Assembly (NCBI GenBank): GCA_002269645.1
Contig: NIVC01000110.1
Location: forward strand, 310,001 to 374,000
Source: Macrostomum lignano
Taxonomy: Eukaryota
Length of the DNA: 64,000 bases
Direction: 5' to 3'
Part shown: positions 1-10,798 of the stretch, in pieces
Numbering within the stretch: the first letter of the stretch is position 1
Layout: the number at the start of each line of letters is the position of its first letter
The notes under the pieces: model-generated
Told to the model about the DNA's origin: nothing
What the model saw: only the letters and a program-made list of their open reading frames with translations
Database searches by the model: none
Made by a program: the position numbers and the translations under genes

Positions 1-552
<552 letters not shown>

Positions 553-959
553 ACCTCAAACCTATGCGTGAGCAGATTTCGCAAGCTGAGGTCAGAGTCG
601 CCTTAATTCTCTTTTGTTCTCTTGACCCACCGTGAGTGAATGAGTCATGAGTCACCTCAGCTCCGAGCGGCATGGATGCAGCTCCCTGCAACTCAGTCCA
701 AGCAAAATGCGCACAAAACAGCGTGTAGTAGAAGGAATTCTAAGAAATGTGGACAAGCCGAGAGTGAGGCTAAAGGGGGGCTCGGTGCCCAGCCAAGGCT
801 GCTCTTTTGAAAAGGCTTTCGCCAAGGACAGGACGAGCCTCGGTTTCAGGTATTGCGAGCAATGCCCACTAATACGCTCGAAGAGGCACTAAATTAATTC
901 TATAGGGATATATCGTGAGAAATTTTGCTATCGAAAAGAATCTATTTTTTACAAGCATT

Positions 960-1190
960 GGTGCGACGCAATTAGTGCCCTCAGTATTGGCGCTAGAATG
1001 ATTGGCGCCCAAACGATGACGCATCTAATATTGGCGCTAGAATGATTGGCGCCAAAACGATGACGCATCTAATATTGGCGCTGAAATGATGGCGTTTCCC
1101 AATCTTGGCGCTAGACGCCTCCCAATTGGCGCTAAAATGATGGCGCCGCTCAATATTGGCGCTAAAATGATGGCGCCTCCAATGATTGAC
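960..1190. repeat. Short degenerate tandem repeat built on ATTGGCGC(T/C)AAAATGA cores
   Basis: A ~45-bp unit (TATTGGCGCTAGAATGATTGGCGCCAAAACGATGACGCATCTAA) occurs twice, followed by shorter variants. It shares the GGCGCCAAAATGA core with the 21-bp satellite. Confidence 0.8.
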
Positions 1191-1654
1191 ACGAATGACC
1201 TTCAATTGACCTTGAAACGTTTTAAAACAAAATGCACTCAAGCTAGCTGTTACTACTTAAATAACGTATGAAAGTAGTAAAGTGCGTGAAAATAATAACA
1301 CAATTTAATTTTGGCCTAAGAAATTGACTGAGTGAGACTATTTTCGTTACATTGCCAGTTTTCCGAACCCAGTTTTTTGTTTAACGTGTGCTTTGTTTGA
1401 ACTGGCAGCTTATTTATGTTCCGGTGAAATTTATCGGTAGGAATCGATTCAAATTGTGGGTAATGCGAGCAGAGAAATTTTTGTGGATTCAAAAGCAGAT
1501 ATGCATGGAATACGAAGTAGACAGCACATGTATCCGGCCATACATTGGTCCAGTTCTCTATGATATACTTTTAAAACTGAAGTTTGTTACATCTTCGTGT
1601 TTAAGCCCTTTTAAACAAGTTTTAAACTTTCAACAATAGCAAACACATTCATCT

Positions 1655-3530
1655 ATGGGGTCTGCTATGGGGTGGACATGCCAATGCTCTGGGGCCCCCA
1701 CACCACCTTGTGACCCGTTGTGGAAATCAATCATTTTGTTTCAGGGCGCTAAAATAGAGCACATGTGGCGCCAAAACTAGTGCCTGCAGCGCTAAAATGA
1801 ATGCCTGCGGCGCCAAAATAGAGTGCCCACGGCGCCAAAAAGAGTGCTTGTTGCGCCAAAATGAGTGCTTGTGGCGCCAAAATAAGTGCTTGTGGCGCCA
1901 AAATAGAGTGCCTGCGGCGCCAAAATCAGTGCTTGTGGCGCCAAAATGAGTGCTTGTGGCGCCAAAATAAGTGCTTGTGGCGCCAAAATAGAGTGCCTGC
2001 GGCGCTAAAATGAGTGCCTGCGGCGCCAAAATAAGTGTCTGTGGTGGCAAAATGAGTGCCTGCGGCGCCAAAATGAGTGTCTGTGGTGGCAAAATGAGTG
2101 CTTGTGGCGCCAAAATGAGTGCTTGTGGCGCCAAAATAGAGTGCCTGCGGCGCCAAAATCAGTGCTTGTGGCGCCAAAATAAGTGCTTGTGGCGCCAAAA
2201 TGAGTGCTTGTGGAGCCAAAATAGAGTGTCTGCCGCGCTAAAATGAGTGCTTGTGGCGCCAAAATGAGTGCCTGCGGCGCCAAAATAAGTGTCTGTGGTG
2301 GCAAAATGAGTGCCTGCGGCGCCAAAATGAGTGCCTGCGGCGCCAAAATGAGTGCTTGTGGCGCCAAAATGAGTGCCTGTGGTGGCAAAATGAGTGCCTG
2401 CGGCGCCAAAATGAGTGCCTGCGGCGCCAAACTAGAGTGCCTGCGGCGCCAAAATAAGTGTCTGTGGTGGCAAAATGAGTGCCTGCGGCGCCAAAATAAG
2501 TGTCTGTGGTGGCAAAATGAGTGCCTGCGGCGCCAAAAAAGAGTGCCTGCCCCGCCAAAATGAGTGCTTGTGGCGCCAAAATGAGTGCCTGTGGTGCCAA
2601 AATGAGTGCTTGTGGCGCCAAAATGAGTGCTTGTGGCGCCAAAATAGAGTGCCTGCCGCGCCAAAATGAGTGCTTGTGGCGCCAAAATGAGTGCCTGTGG
2701 TGCCAAAATGAGTGCTTGTGGCGCCAAAATGAGTGCCTGTGGTGCCAAAATAGAGTGCCTGCGGCGCTAAAATGAGTGCCTGCGGCGCCAAAATAAGTGT
2801 CTGTGGTGGCAAAATGAGTGCCTGCGGCGCCAAAATGAGTGTCTGTGGTGGCAAAATGAGTGCTTGTGGCGCCAAAATGAGTGCTTGTGGCGCCAAAATA
2901 GAGTGCCTGCGGCGCTAAAATCAGTGCTTGTGGCGCCAAAATAAGTGCTTGTGGCGCCAAAATGAGTGCTTGTGGAGCCAAAATAGAGTGTCTGCCGCGC
3001 TAAAATCAGTGCTTGTGGCGCCAAAATGAGTGCCTGTGGTGGCAAAATGAGTGCCTGCGGCGCCAAAATGAGTGCCTGCGGCGCCAAAATAGAGTGCCTG
3101 CGGCGCCAAAATAAGTGTCTGTGGTGGCAAAATGAGTGCCTGTGGCGCCAAAATGAGTGCCTGCGGCGCCAAAATGAGTGCTTGTGGTGGCAAAATGAGT
3201 GCCTGCGGCGCCGAATTGAGTGTCTGTGGTGGCAAAATGAGTGCCTGCGGCGCCAAAATGAGTGCCTGCGGCGCCAAAATAAGTGTCTGTGGTGGCAAAA
3301 TGAGTGCCTGCGGCGCCAAAATGAGTGCCTGCGGCGCCAAAATAAGTGTCTGTGGTGGCAAAATGAGTGCCTGCGGCGCCAAAATGAGTGCCTGCGGCGC
3401 CAAAATAAGTGTCTGTGGTGGCAAAATGAGTGCCTGCGGCGCCAAAATGAGTGCCTGCGGCGCCAAAATGAGTGTTGACAACACCAATTCTAAAAATAAT
3501 GTGAGCACACAATTTAGTCATTAACATGCA
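1655..3530 (+). mobile_element. Satellite-bearing non-autonomous element, copy 1: head, ~80 x 21-bp unit, tail
   Basis: The head (GCTATGGGGTGGA...AATCAATCATTTTGTTTCAGGG) and tail (ACAACACCAATTCTAAAAATAATGT...AATTTAGTCAT) match the copies at 10311-10545 and 18345-19683. Confidence 0.75.
1748..3475 (+). repeat. 21-bp minisatellite GGCGCCAAAATGAGTGCCTGC with variants
   Basis: Head-to-tail units are visible throughout, and the ORF translations are periodic (MSACGAK, APQALIL). Confidence 0.98.
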
Positions 3531-4351
3531 CATATAGAATTCTTGGCTTTGTCTCCCCACCAAAAAATCCATGGTGACTGCAAGCAAACAAAAGAACAAA
3601 CTAAAGACGTTAGAACTTCAAAAACGTGTTGACTTCATGTAACTTTGCTGTCTCAAGCTCTACCACGTTTCAGATGCTTGAGTATGAATTTTCAGTCTCT
3701 GTGCTCTTCAAAGTCAACATAGCCAGCTACGAGTATCAAGCAGTACTCACTCCCAATGAATTTTCAAACCGTGACTCTATTGCCATGGTATTACACAGTA
3801 GCATTTTTATTGAAAGTTTACGTTCTACTTTCGGAGACAGTTTCAGTACACCCCTCGCAGTAACCTCGTTAAAACTGGTGCGATAATGAAATCGAGCAGT
3901 TCACAGAAATGAGAAATCGGCACAGTCTACTCCTCCAATAAAATCCGTGACTATTCGAGGTCACCGAGGCCACAGAGTTCAAATTCGCTACTGCCGCTGT
4001 ATTTCGTGTCCGAGCGAGCTCTTCTTGTCGAAAGCGTTGATTCTTCCACTCACTCTCTCTCTCTTCCCCGTCGAAGCTAGCAGGCAGTTCTCGGGCAATA
4101 TACCTGGCAATTAAGTCAAGAGACGCTGAGGCAGGGATGCGCGAGAGAGAATTGCGGAGCCTTGCAGTCTGCGCTCACCCGAGGTGAACCCATCGGTGGG
4201 GAGTGGTCTAGATGAGGAATCCAATCACGATAGGGAGAGAGATCTCCCCCCTATAGAAATCCCATAGGGTATAATTTACCTGAGATCTGCTCTCTGCAGA
4301 TCTGCTTTTAGAGGTGTTGGCAAAGAACCCAGAAAACTCTGTCTGTCTGGC

Positions 4352-4707
4352 ATGGCCTCAATCGAGCAGCACCAGGACGTTGCCAAGCGGATCTACCAAG
4401 TCTACCTGACCATCCTGCTGTTCGGCGGCTTGGCTGGCCACTTGGCCTCTGCCGCGGTGTTCTGGCGATTCCCCAGTCTGGCCAGCGCGAACACTCGCAG
4501 GTTTTTTATCTGCCTTGCAGCCGCCGATGCAGCCGTACTGCTCACCGCTGTGCTCAGGTACTGGCAGAGGCTGCTGATAGACTTCGACATTCGAAGCATC
4601 GGCTTGGCCGCCTGCAAGATTCACACTTTTGCAGTGTACCTGTTTTGCGACCTGGCGCTGTGGCTGCTGGTGGCTCTGTCCGTGGTTCGGCTGCTTTCCA
4701 TTGTCAG
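4352..4707 (+). CDS. Class A (rhodopsin-like) GPCR, exon 1 (TM1-TM3)
   Basis: Translation includes ILLFGGLAGHLASAAVF, FFICLAAADAAVLL, ACKIHTFAVY and LVALSVVRLLSI (degenerate DRY). Donor AG|GTGGGA at 4707/4708, phase 2. Confidence 0.88.
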
Positions 4708-5546
4708 GTGGGAGTCAAATGACCTTAGAATAGACATGACCGAATCGAAATCTTAAACCTAAACTATGACCTAAACTGTTTATGACCAAATACAAATCAC
4801 ATGACCTTAGCTATCTATGACCGAATCGAAATCGTAAACCTAAACTATGACCTAAACTATTTATGACCAAATACAAATCACATGACCTTAGCTATCTATG
4901 ACAGAATCGAAATCGTATGACCTAAACCAGTTACTCGTATGACCGAATCTAAATCTTATGACCTAAACTATTTATGACCGAATCAAAACTGTATGACCTA
5001 AGTAGTAATATACCATACAAAATTGCCAGCAAACCGTTCTCATAAATCAAATGATTTTAACCCTTTATCAGTGTGAAATGGCTCATTTCCCTTTCATTAC
5101 CGCTCGTCTTCACTCCGCTCAACTCGCTCCGCTCATCCTCCGCTTCATTTCGGTCAATCAACTCATTTCACACTTACAACGATTAATTCTCTTTGAATTC
5201 TGAGAATACGCTCTGCTCTCATCGTTCGCTTTGGTTTGCTGGCAATTTTGTATGGTACTCAAACTCTCCCTAACACACACAAGCACTCTGTAACCCCAGG
5301 CCGCGCCGCAGGCGCCAAGGGTCTTTTTCTGTAGTATGAAACTTCATACTGGCCCATTCATAAGTTATAATTCGTCTCTTTTCTCTTACCACCCATTGTT
5401 CCTTTATAGAGAGAAAGGCAGCAACACAACTAGCGCCAATCTTTGTAATTATAAAGAAAAGCGCCATTCTAAAAGAAAAGCTCCAATTCTATCCCAACCT
5501 ATTGTGCCTCCACTTCGTCTCTTTTTCTGTTACTAAAAATTACTAA

Positions 5547-5777
5547 AATGCTGTAAAGGGCGGAATCGAAGCAGCGAGGGCAGCAGAAGAACTAAAGAAA
5601 TTGAGGGAATTTAACGACACCCTCTCACAAATAAAAGCAATAAAAGATTTGAAACTAGCACAGGAAGCAACCCAAGCCGCACAACCAACAGAATTGCTTT
5701 ATTGCAATAAAGATAGTCAGGATTTTAATAAAGTGTTAACCACAATAAAAGGCGGAAAAGGATTAAAGAAATTTTAA
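5547..5777 (+). pseudogene. 5'-truncated Polinton ORF remnant (76 aa, NAVKGGIEAARAAEELKKL...GGKGLKKF*)
   Basis: Open frame with no start codon that ends 10 nt before the next ATG (5788), a viral-style packing inside the TIRs. Confidence 0.55.
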
Positions 5778-5787
5778 CAATATAAAA

Positions 5788-6683
5788 ATGGACTCAGTTA
5801 ATGACGAAAATCGGCCATATTTTATAGCAGAGGTTGTAGACACTTTAGATTTAGATGATAATAAACACAGCCACGCAATGTTGAAAAGATTGGATCGCTT
5901 AGGCAAAAAACTTGACTACGACATTGATACATTTAAACTTGCTTCAAAATATGCACAAGAAGGAAGGCCAATATCCTTTAACAACCGTGGTAAAAATTAT
6001 CGGCTAACAGACTCTGATGTGAAATTTTTATTGGAGACCCACATAAAAAAAGATGGTGGATTACTACCCATTCTACCAATTCTTTTAGGACTTGGGGCAG
6101 CAGGAGCAGCCGGTTTAGCAGGAAAAAGAATTCATGATTATCGAAAACAGTTAGCAGAATTAAAAGCAAAACAAGGGGGTATACCTCCACTTGCAACTTT
6201 GCTCCCAATAATTTTTGCAAAAAAAAGCTGCGGATGAAAAAGCTAAACGAGATGCTGAATTTCAAAGACAGCAAATAACGCAGGATGCTCAATTCAAACA
6301 GAAACTCATAGACACTATTAATAGTAGTTCAGCAACACCAGCACAAAAAAGAAATGCAGAAGCTAGGTTAGCGTCGGGAAAAGGTTTAATCTTACAAGGA
6401 TCAACCCACGGAAGCGGAGTTTTCGCGGATAAACTACACGAGTTTGGGCAAACTTTAGAAAAAACGAGAGAAAGCTAAAGGATTTTTTGACAATATTGGA
6501 GCCAATTTTAGACCAGCCGTTCAGAAGATTTTTAATAAATTAGGAAAAGATTTTAACATCATTGAAAAACATGACGGAAGCGGATTATATCTCGAGATGC
6601 GACCAAAAGCAGGTTCTGGAATCTTCTTAAATGCAAACGTTATGGGCAGTGGACTACTGTTGCCGAAAGCAGATCTCGAATAA
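5788..6683 (+). pseudogene. Polinton/adintovirus virion-core-like protein gene (pX/pVII-like motifs) with two frameshifts
   Basis: The first segment has DGG-LLPILPILLGLGAAGAAG and QGG-IPPLATLLPII. After a shift in the A8 run (~6219-6226) come GKGLIL and GSGVF. After a second shift (~6470) come GSGLYL, GSGIFL and GSGLLL, with TAA at 6681-6683. Confidence 0.65.
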
Positions 6684-7135
6684 ATATTATATAAATTTTA
6701 TTGTATAAAATGCCTGATATTTAAACCAGGCCAATTTAAACAGCCAAAATTGCCAGCAAACCAAAGCGAACGACGAGAGCAGAGCGTATTCTCAGAATTC
6801 AAAGAGAATTAACCGTTGTAAGTGTGAAATGAGTTGATTGACCGAAATGAAGCGAGGATGAGCGGAGCGAAAGTCGAATGACTTTGAGTCAAATGAGCCA
6901 TTTCACACTGATAAAGGGTTAAAATCATTTGGTTTATGAGAATGGTTTGCTGGCAATTTTGTATGGTATATTACTACTGACCTAAACTATTTAAAATAAA
7001 AATCAAAATCTATCAAAATCAGATGACCTAAACCAGTTATGACCGAATTAAAGTCGTATGACCTAAATGTAAGCTAGTCATGACCAAATCGAAGTCTAAA
7101 AATGACTGAGCACATACGCTCGTAACGCACCTTCC

Positions 7136-8159
7136 TGTGATGAAATAGGCAATTAGATAATAGCATGCACGGTGAGCAATTAGTTAGGCCCTAGACAAAC
7201 CTACTTGGAGCGTCAGAGATTTTAAAGCTATTAATCCTAATCGCCTATCGCCGGTCGGCGAGTTCTACCAGTCTTCTCCAATAGCCGCAGGTACAGTACA
7301 AGAAAATAAAGAACACGAGGGAACACAAACCGAAAGATTTAGAGAGTGATAATCCTATTTCAAGAATAGCTAACTTGATTGACGGTTTAATTTGATTAGC
7401 TGAGTTACAAGATTCAAACAAATTTGCGGCGCAGATAATTAGACTGATGATAACGAATAATAACGATTAATAAATAATGACTATATACGCACTGACAAGC
7501 GGATCTCAGCTGAAGAAGAAGAAGAAGGAGGCACCGAACACAGGACCATGGAGAAAGACTCCTAACCCCTGGCCTAAACCAGAACCTACTCTCAACGAGA
7601 GCCCTGCCGAATCGACCGTTCAACGGAGTACCGACTAAATTCTATCGCACTGCCCTTCAGTGTAACACTGAGGCCCTCGGTATCGAGGCCGCGTACTTGA
7701 TCAGATCCGACAGTCTCTATCTAACCGCGCTTGATAGCGACGACTTCAGACAGGAATTTGCCGTAGACGTTACGTCACAAGACTACTGCGGTTGGGCGGG
7801 GACAAAGATATGGACCGGGGGTGATGAAATCAAAACGCCTCAAAGCGCGAATCAAGGGGAAACAGGCCACCGGCCGGGAAGCTGGACAAACAAAACCGGG
7901 GAAAGAGAGGCGAGAAGGAGAGAGGCGAGATCCGATTGCCAAAACACACTTTCATATATAGTCAGAGTCACAACCCCCCAAAACCCCCCTCAAGCCGGGT
8001 GGTGGTCGTCTGGCCGGCCGCTCGATAAGCCGATTTGCACTGTGCCCGCGGCGCCGGGTAGAATTGAAACTTGCCGCGTGCCAGGGTCCAGGCCGGTTCT
8101 GATTGGCTGACCGCGCAAGCTGGGGTTCGCAGACAAACTCAACCCTCCGCTGAGTCACA
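7136..8159. mobile_element. Possible LTR-like fragment
   Basis: TGTGA...TCACA inverted termini, followed 4 nt later by a PBS-like TGGCGTC. No TSD or internal gene is seen. Confidence 0.25.
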
Positions 8160-8360
8160 AATTTGGCGTCTAACTCTAACCTGTTTACAAAATTGATTCT
8201 AACTAACAAGGAAAAAGTACACCAAAAACGTATGACTAAACTAAAGCAAAATAACAATTCAATAACAATATAGAAACTAATGCAGTCAATTTACAACAAA
8301 ATACACGCAAAGATGCTCACACTACATTCCTCAAACCGCTCCCCATGGCCCTTATTGCAG

Positions 8361-8742
8361 ACCCACCTGGCGCAAGCCGCACACCTCTCCCAGCTTCGTG
8401 CCGGTCCTCATCGCCCTGCTGACGGCAGCCTCAGTGGCAAGGAACTGGCCGCTGCTGCACTACCTCAGCCTGGAGTCGCCGTCGCCAGCGTCACCGGCCA
8501 ATTCCAATTCGGTGAACTTAACCAACTCCACCGGTTTGGAGTCCGGACAGTCTCAGAATGAACCGAAGGTGTGCGACTTCTCCAACCCGTTGGTTGTTCA
8601 GGCATTCGTGGCCGCTGAGTTCGTGCTGTACAGCGCCGTGCCCTGCTTCCTGCTGGCCGGCTGCAACATCTGCCTGGCGGCGCTTATGTACCGGGCGGCA
8701 GCGCGGCGCCGGCTACAGTTCGGAGTTGGGGCCTCCGCCGCG
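8361..8742 (+). CDS. Class A GPCR, exon 2 (TM4-ECL2-TM5)
   Basis: Acceptor TTATTGCAG|A restores the frame (R-PTWRKPH...VPVLIALLTAAS, KVCDF, EFVLYSAVPCFLLAGCNICL). Donor GCG|GTGAGC at 8742/8743, phase 0. Confidence 0.85.
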
Positions 8743-8819
8743 GTGAGCATTTGTTCTCCGACTCATGTACAGACCCCTCTTTTAGTAACTCACTAACCCA
8801 CCTTTCAACTTATAAAGTC

Positions 8820-9310
8820 ACTCGTGAACTCTCCAATGACCTCATGGACTCTCCAATGACCTCATGGACTCTCCAATGACCTCATGGACTCTCCAATGAT
8901 CTCATGAACTAACTCGTGAACTTTCCAATGACCTCATGGACTCTCCAATGATCTCATGGACTCTCCAATGACCTCATGGACTCTCCAATGATCTCATGGA
9001 CTCTCCAATGATCTCATGGACTCTCCAATGATCCCATGGACTCTCCAATGACCTCATGAACTAACTCGTGAACTCTCCAATGACCTCATGGACTCTCCAA
9101 TGACCTCATGAACTAACTCGTGAACTCTCCAATGACCTCATGAACTAACTCGTGAACTCTCCAATGGCCTCATGGACTCTCCAATGACCTCATGAACTAA
9201 CTCGTGAACTCTCCAATGGCCTCATGGACTCTTCAATGACCTCAAAAACTCACTCATAAACTCATGAACTCACTCATAAACTCATGAAGTCACACATGAA
9301 CTCATAAACT
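8820..9310. repeat. 20-bp minisatellite CTCCAATGACCTCATGGACT with AACTCGTGAACT variants
   Basis: Head-to-tail units are directly visible. Confidence 0.95.
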
Positions 9311-9552
9311 TTTGCAATCACTCACATGCCAGAAACTCACATTTTCAACGAAATAAGTTTGCTTGAATGATTCTATTTTTAACATCGCGTGCTCCGATGA
9401 CCCTGTCTCGGAACCAACAGTTAGCTTTAATTAATATAATTAGTTTTGCCAGGCAATTCGTTCTGGTAGTTATGAAATTGATCATGCAATATCTAGTTTG
9501 ATCAAGTTTAATCAAGGTAAAGCCTAAACAGTATGTTCGATTTAGTGGGTTG

Positions 9553-9893
9553 GGGGCGTAGTCCAGTCGTCTGGCGCGGCCAGCGGCCCAGACTCGATTC
9601 CAAGTGCAGTCACATTAATTTGGGGCTTTTGGGGCGAAATTGGAATCTCGGCTTGGCTCTGATCGTGCAATTAACGCCCAGCTTGAATGCCAACCTCCAA
9701 GGCACAGTGAAGTGTACATGCCTAACGATAAATAAAGTTAGGGCCGCTGTGCACTCCTGTGTGGGTGTGTGCCTGTGCGTATGACTGCGTACGTATCTGC
9801 GCGCTTGTGTGCCTGCTCAGGGGAGTCGGCGTAATGGGCAGCAATGCCTCTCGTGGGTTGCGACAATGTCGCTTAAAGTGCGCCAGGGTGCAC
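9553..9893 (+). mobile_element. tRNA-derived SINE family A, copy 1
   Basis: Degenerate A/B boxes (GTAGTCCAGTCG, GACTCGATTCC). The ~340-bp body is shared with 40002-40350 and 57484-57837. Confidence 0.8.
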
Positions 9894-10310
9894 GGAGCCA
9901 CCTGTCTCTGAATGCTTTAAAAATGCTTTGAAAGCAGATTCAAGGGCAATTAAGAGTCCATGGCCACCAAGGCTGGTGCCTCCCGGACCCTAACAAAAAT
10001 GCACACGCATGCCAAAAGACTGTAGTAAAGTTGGTGGTGCAATTGCAAGAGTGTGACTCAGACTTCTGACTCAATGATTTCTTGTTTCGTTCGAGTGAGC
10101 ACCCAGTGTCCTTGATCTCAAATCTAGAATTCTGGTGAGCTTACTTGATAGGAACAGATCATCTCATAATCAAGAGAATTAATAATTATTAATTGGACAA
10201 AATTATGATTTTTAAGTTGTTATAATTGAATTACATAACTCGTTTGTTCAGATATTAAAATTATAGTCTCAAAATTATTGATAGTCATAGAGAGAATCTA
10301 GAGAATATGA

Positions 10311-10545
10311 GGGGCGTCGCTACCAGGGGTGAGGCACAAGGGGGTCATGCCCTCCCCCCCCCGTAAAAGCTATGGGGTGGATGCAAAGTCTTTGTGCCCA
10401 GTTGTGGGAATCAATAATTTTGCTTCACGTTGCCAAAAAGAGTGCTAGAAACACCGATTCTCAGAATGATGCAGGAATTTAGTCATGTAGGGGGGGGGGA
10501 GGGGTTGTCCCCTTTCCCCCACAATAGAATCTGTGGCGACGCCCC
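10311..10545 (+). mobile_element. Short MITE, the single-unit form of the 21-bp-satellite element
   Basis: Perfect 10-bp TIR: GGGGCGTCGC (10311-10320) and GCGACGCCCC (10536-10545). It has the same head and tail as the two array-bearing copies but only one GCCAAAAAGAGTGCT unit. Confidence 0.75.
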
Positions 10546-10798
10546 GCGAAAATACAGAAAAAGACAGTTACGAGGGTATATTCATGAATAAAATGTAATG
10601 TAAAAGTATACACTGAAAGATGATCAAAAGGAAAAATGTCTGCTGTCAGACGGCGCTTTTGTGTTTCAAATATAAAAATTTTGATCAAAAGAGTTTGTGA
10701 GAGGCACGGGTCCAGCCTCTTTATGCTCAGACTTCCCATCCGGGAAAAATCATGCAAATTGAAATGTCAGTCAGCAGGGATCCAAATCCATGGAGCAG

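Larger units (their letters stand above)
5001..6978. mobile_element. Internally deleted Polinton/Maverick (adintovirus-like) element, 1978 bp
   Basis: Termini are AGTAGTAATATACC...GGTATATTACTACT. TIRs span about 5001-5250 and 6745-6978. A 6-bp TSD GACCTA sits at 4995-5000 and 6979-6984. These are established Polinton hallmarks. The interior is AT-rich with compact virus-like ORF remnants. Confidence 0.88.
4737..7105. repeat. ATGACC-cored tandem repeat (~81-bp higher unit) split by the Polinton insertion (4737-5000 and 6979-7105)
   Basis: ATGACCTAAAC, ATGACCGAATCGAAATC and ATGACCAAAT units occur on both sides of the element. Confidence 0.8.

Noticed and set aside
1727-3599. Many long overlapping ORFs (MAPQALIL..., MSACGAK...)
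   Set aside because: They are translations of a 21-bp satellite that lacks stops in several frames; there is no domain content.
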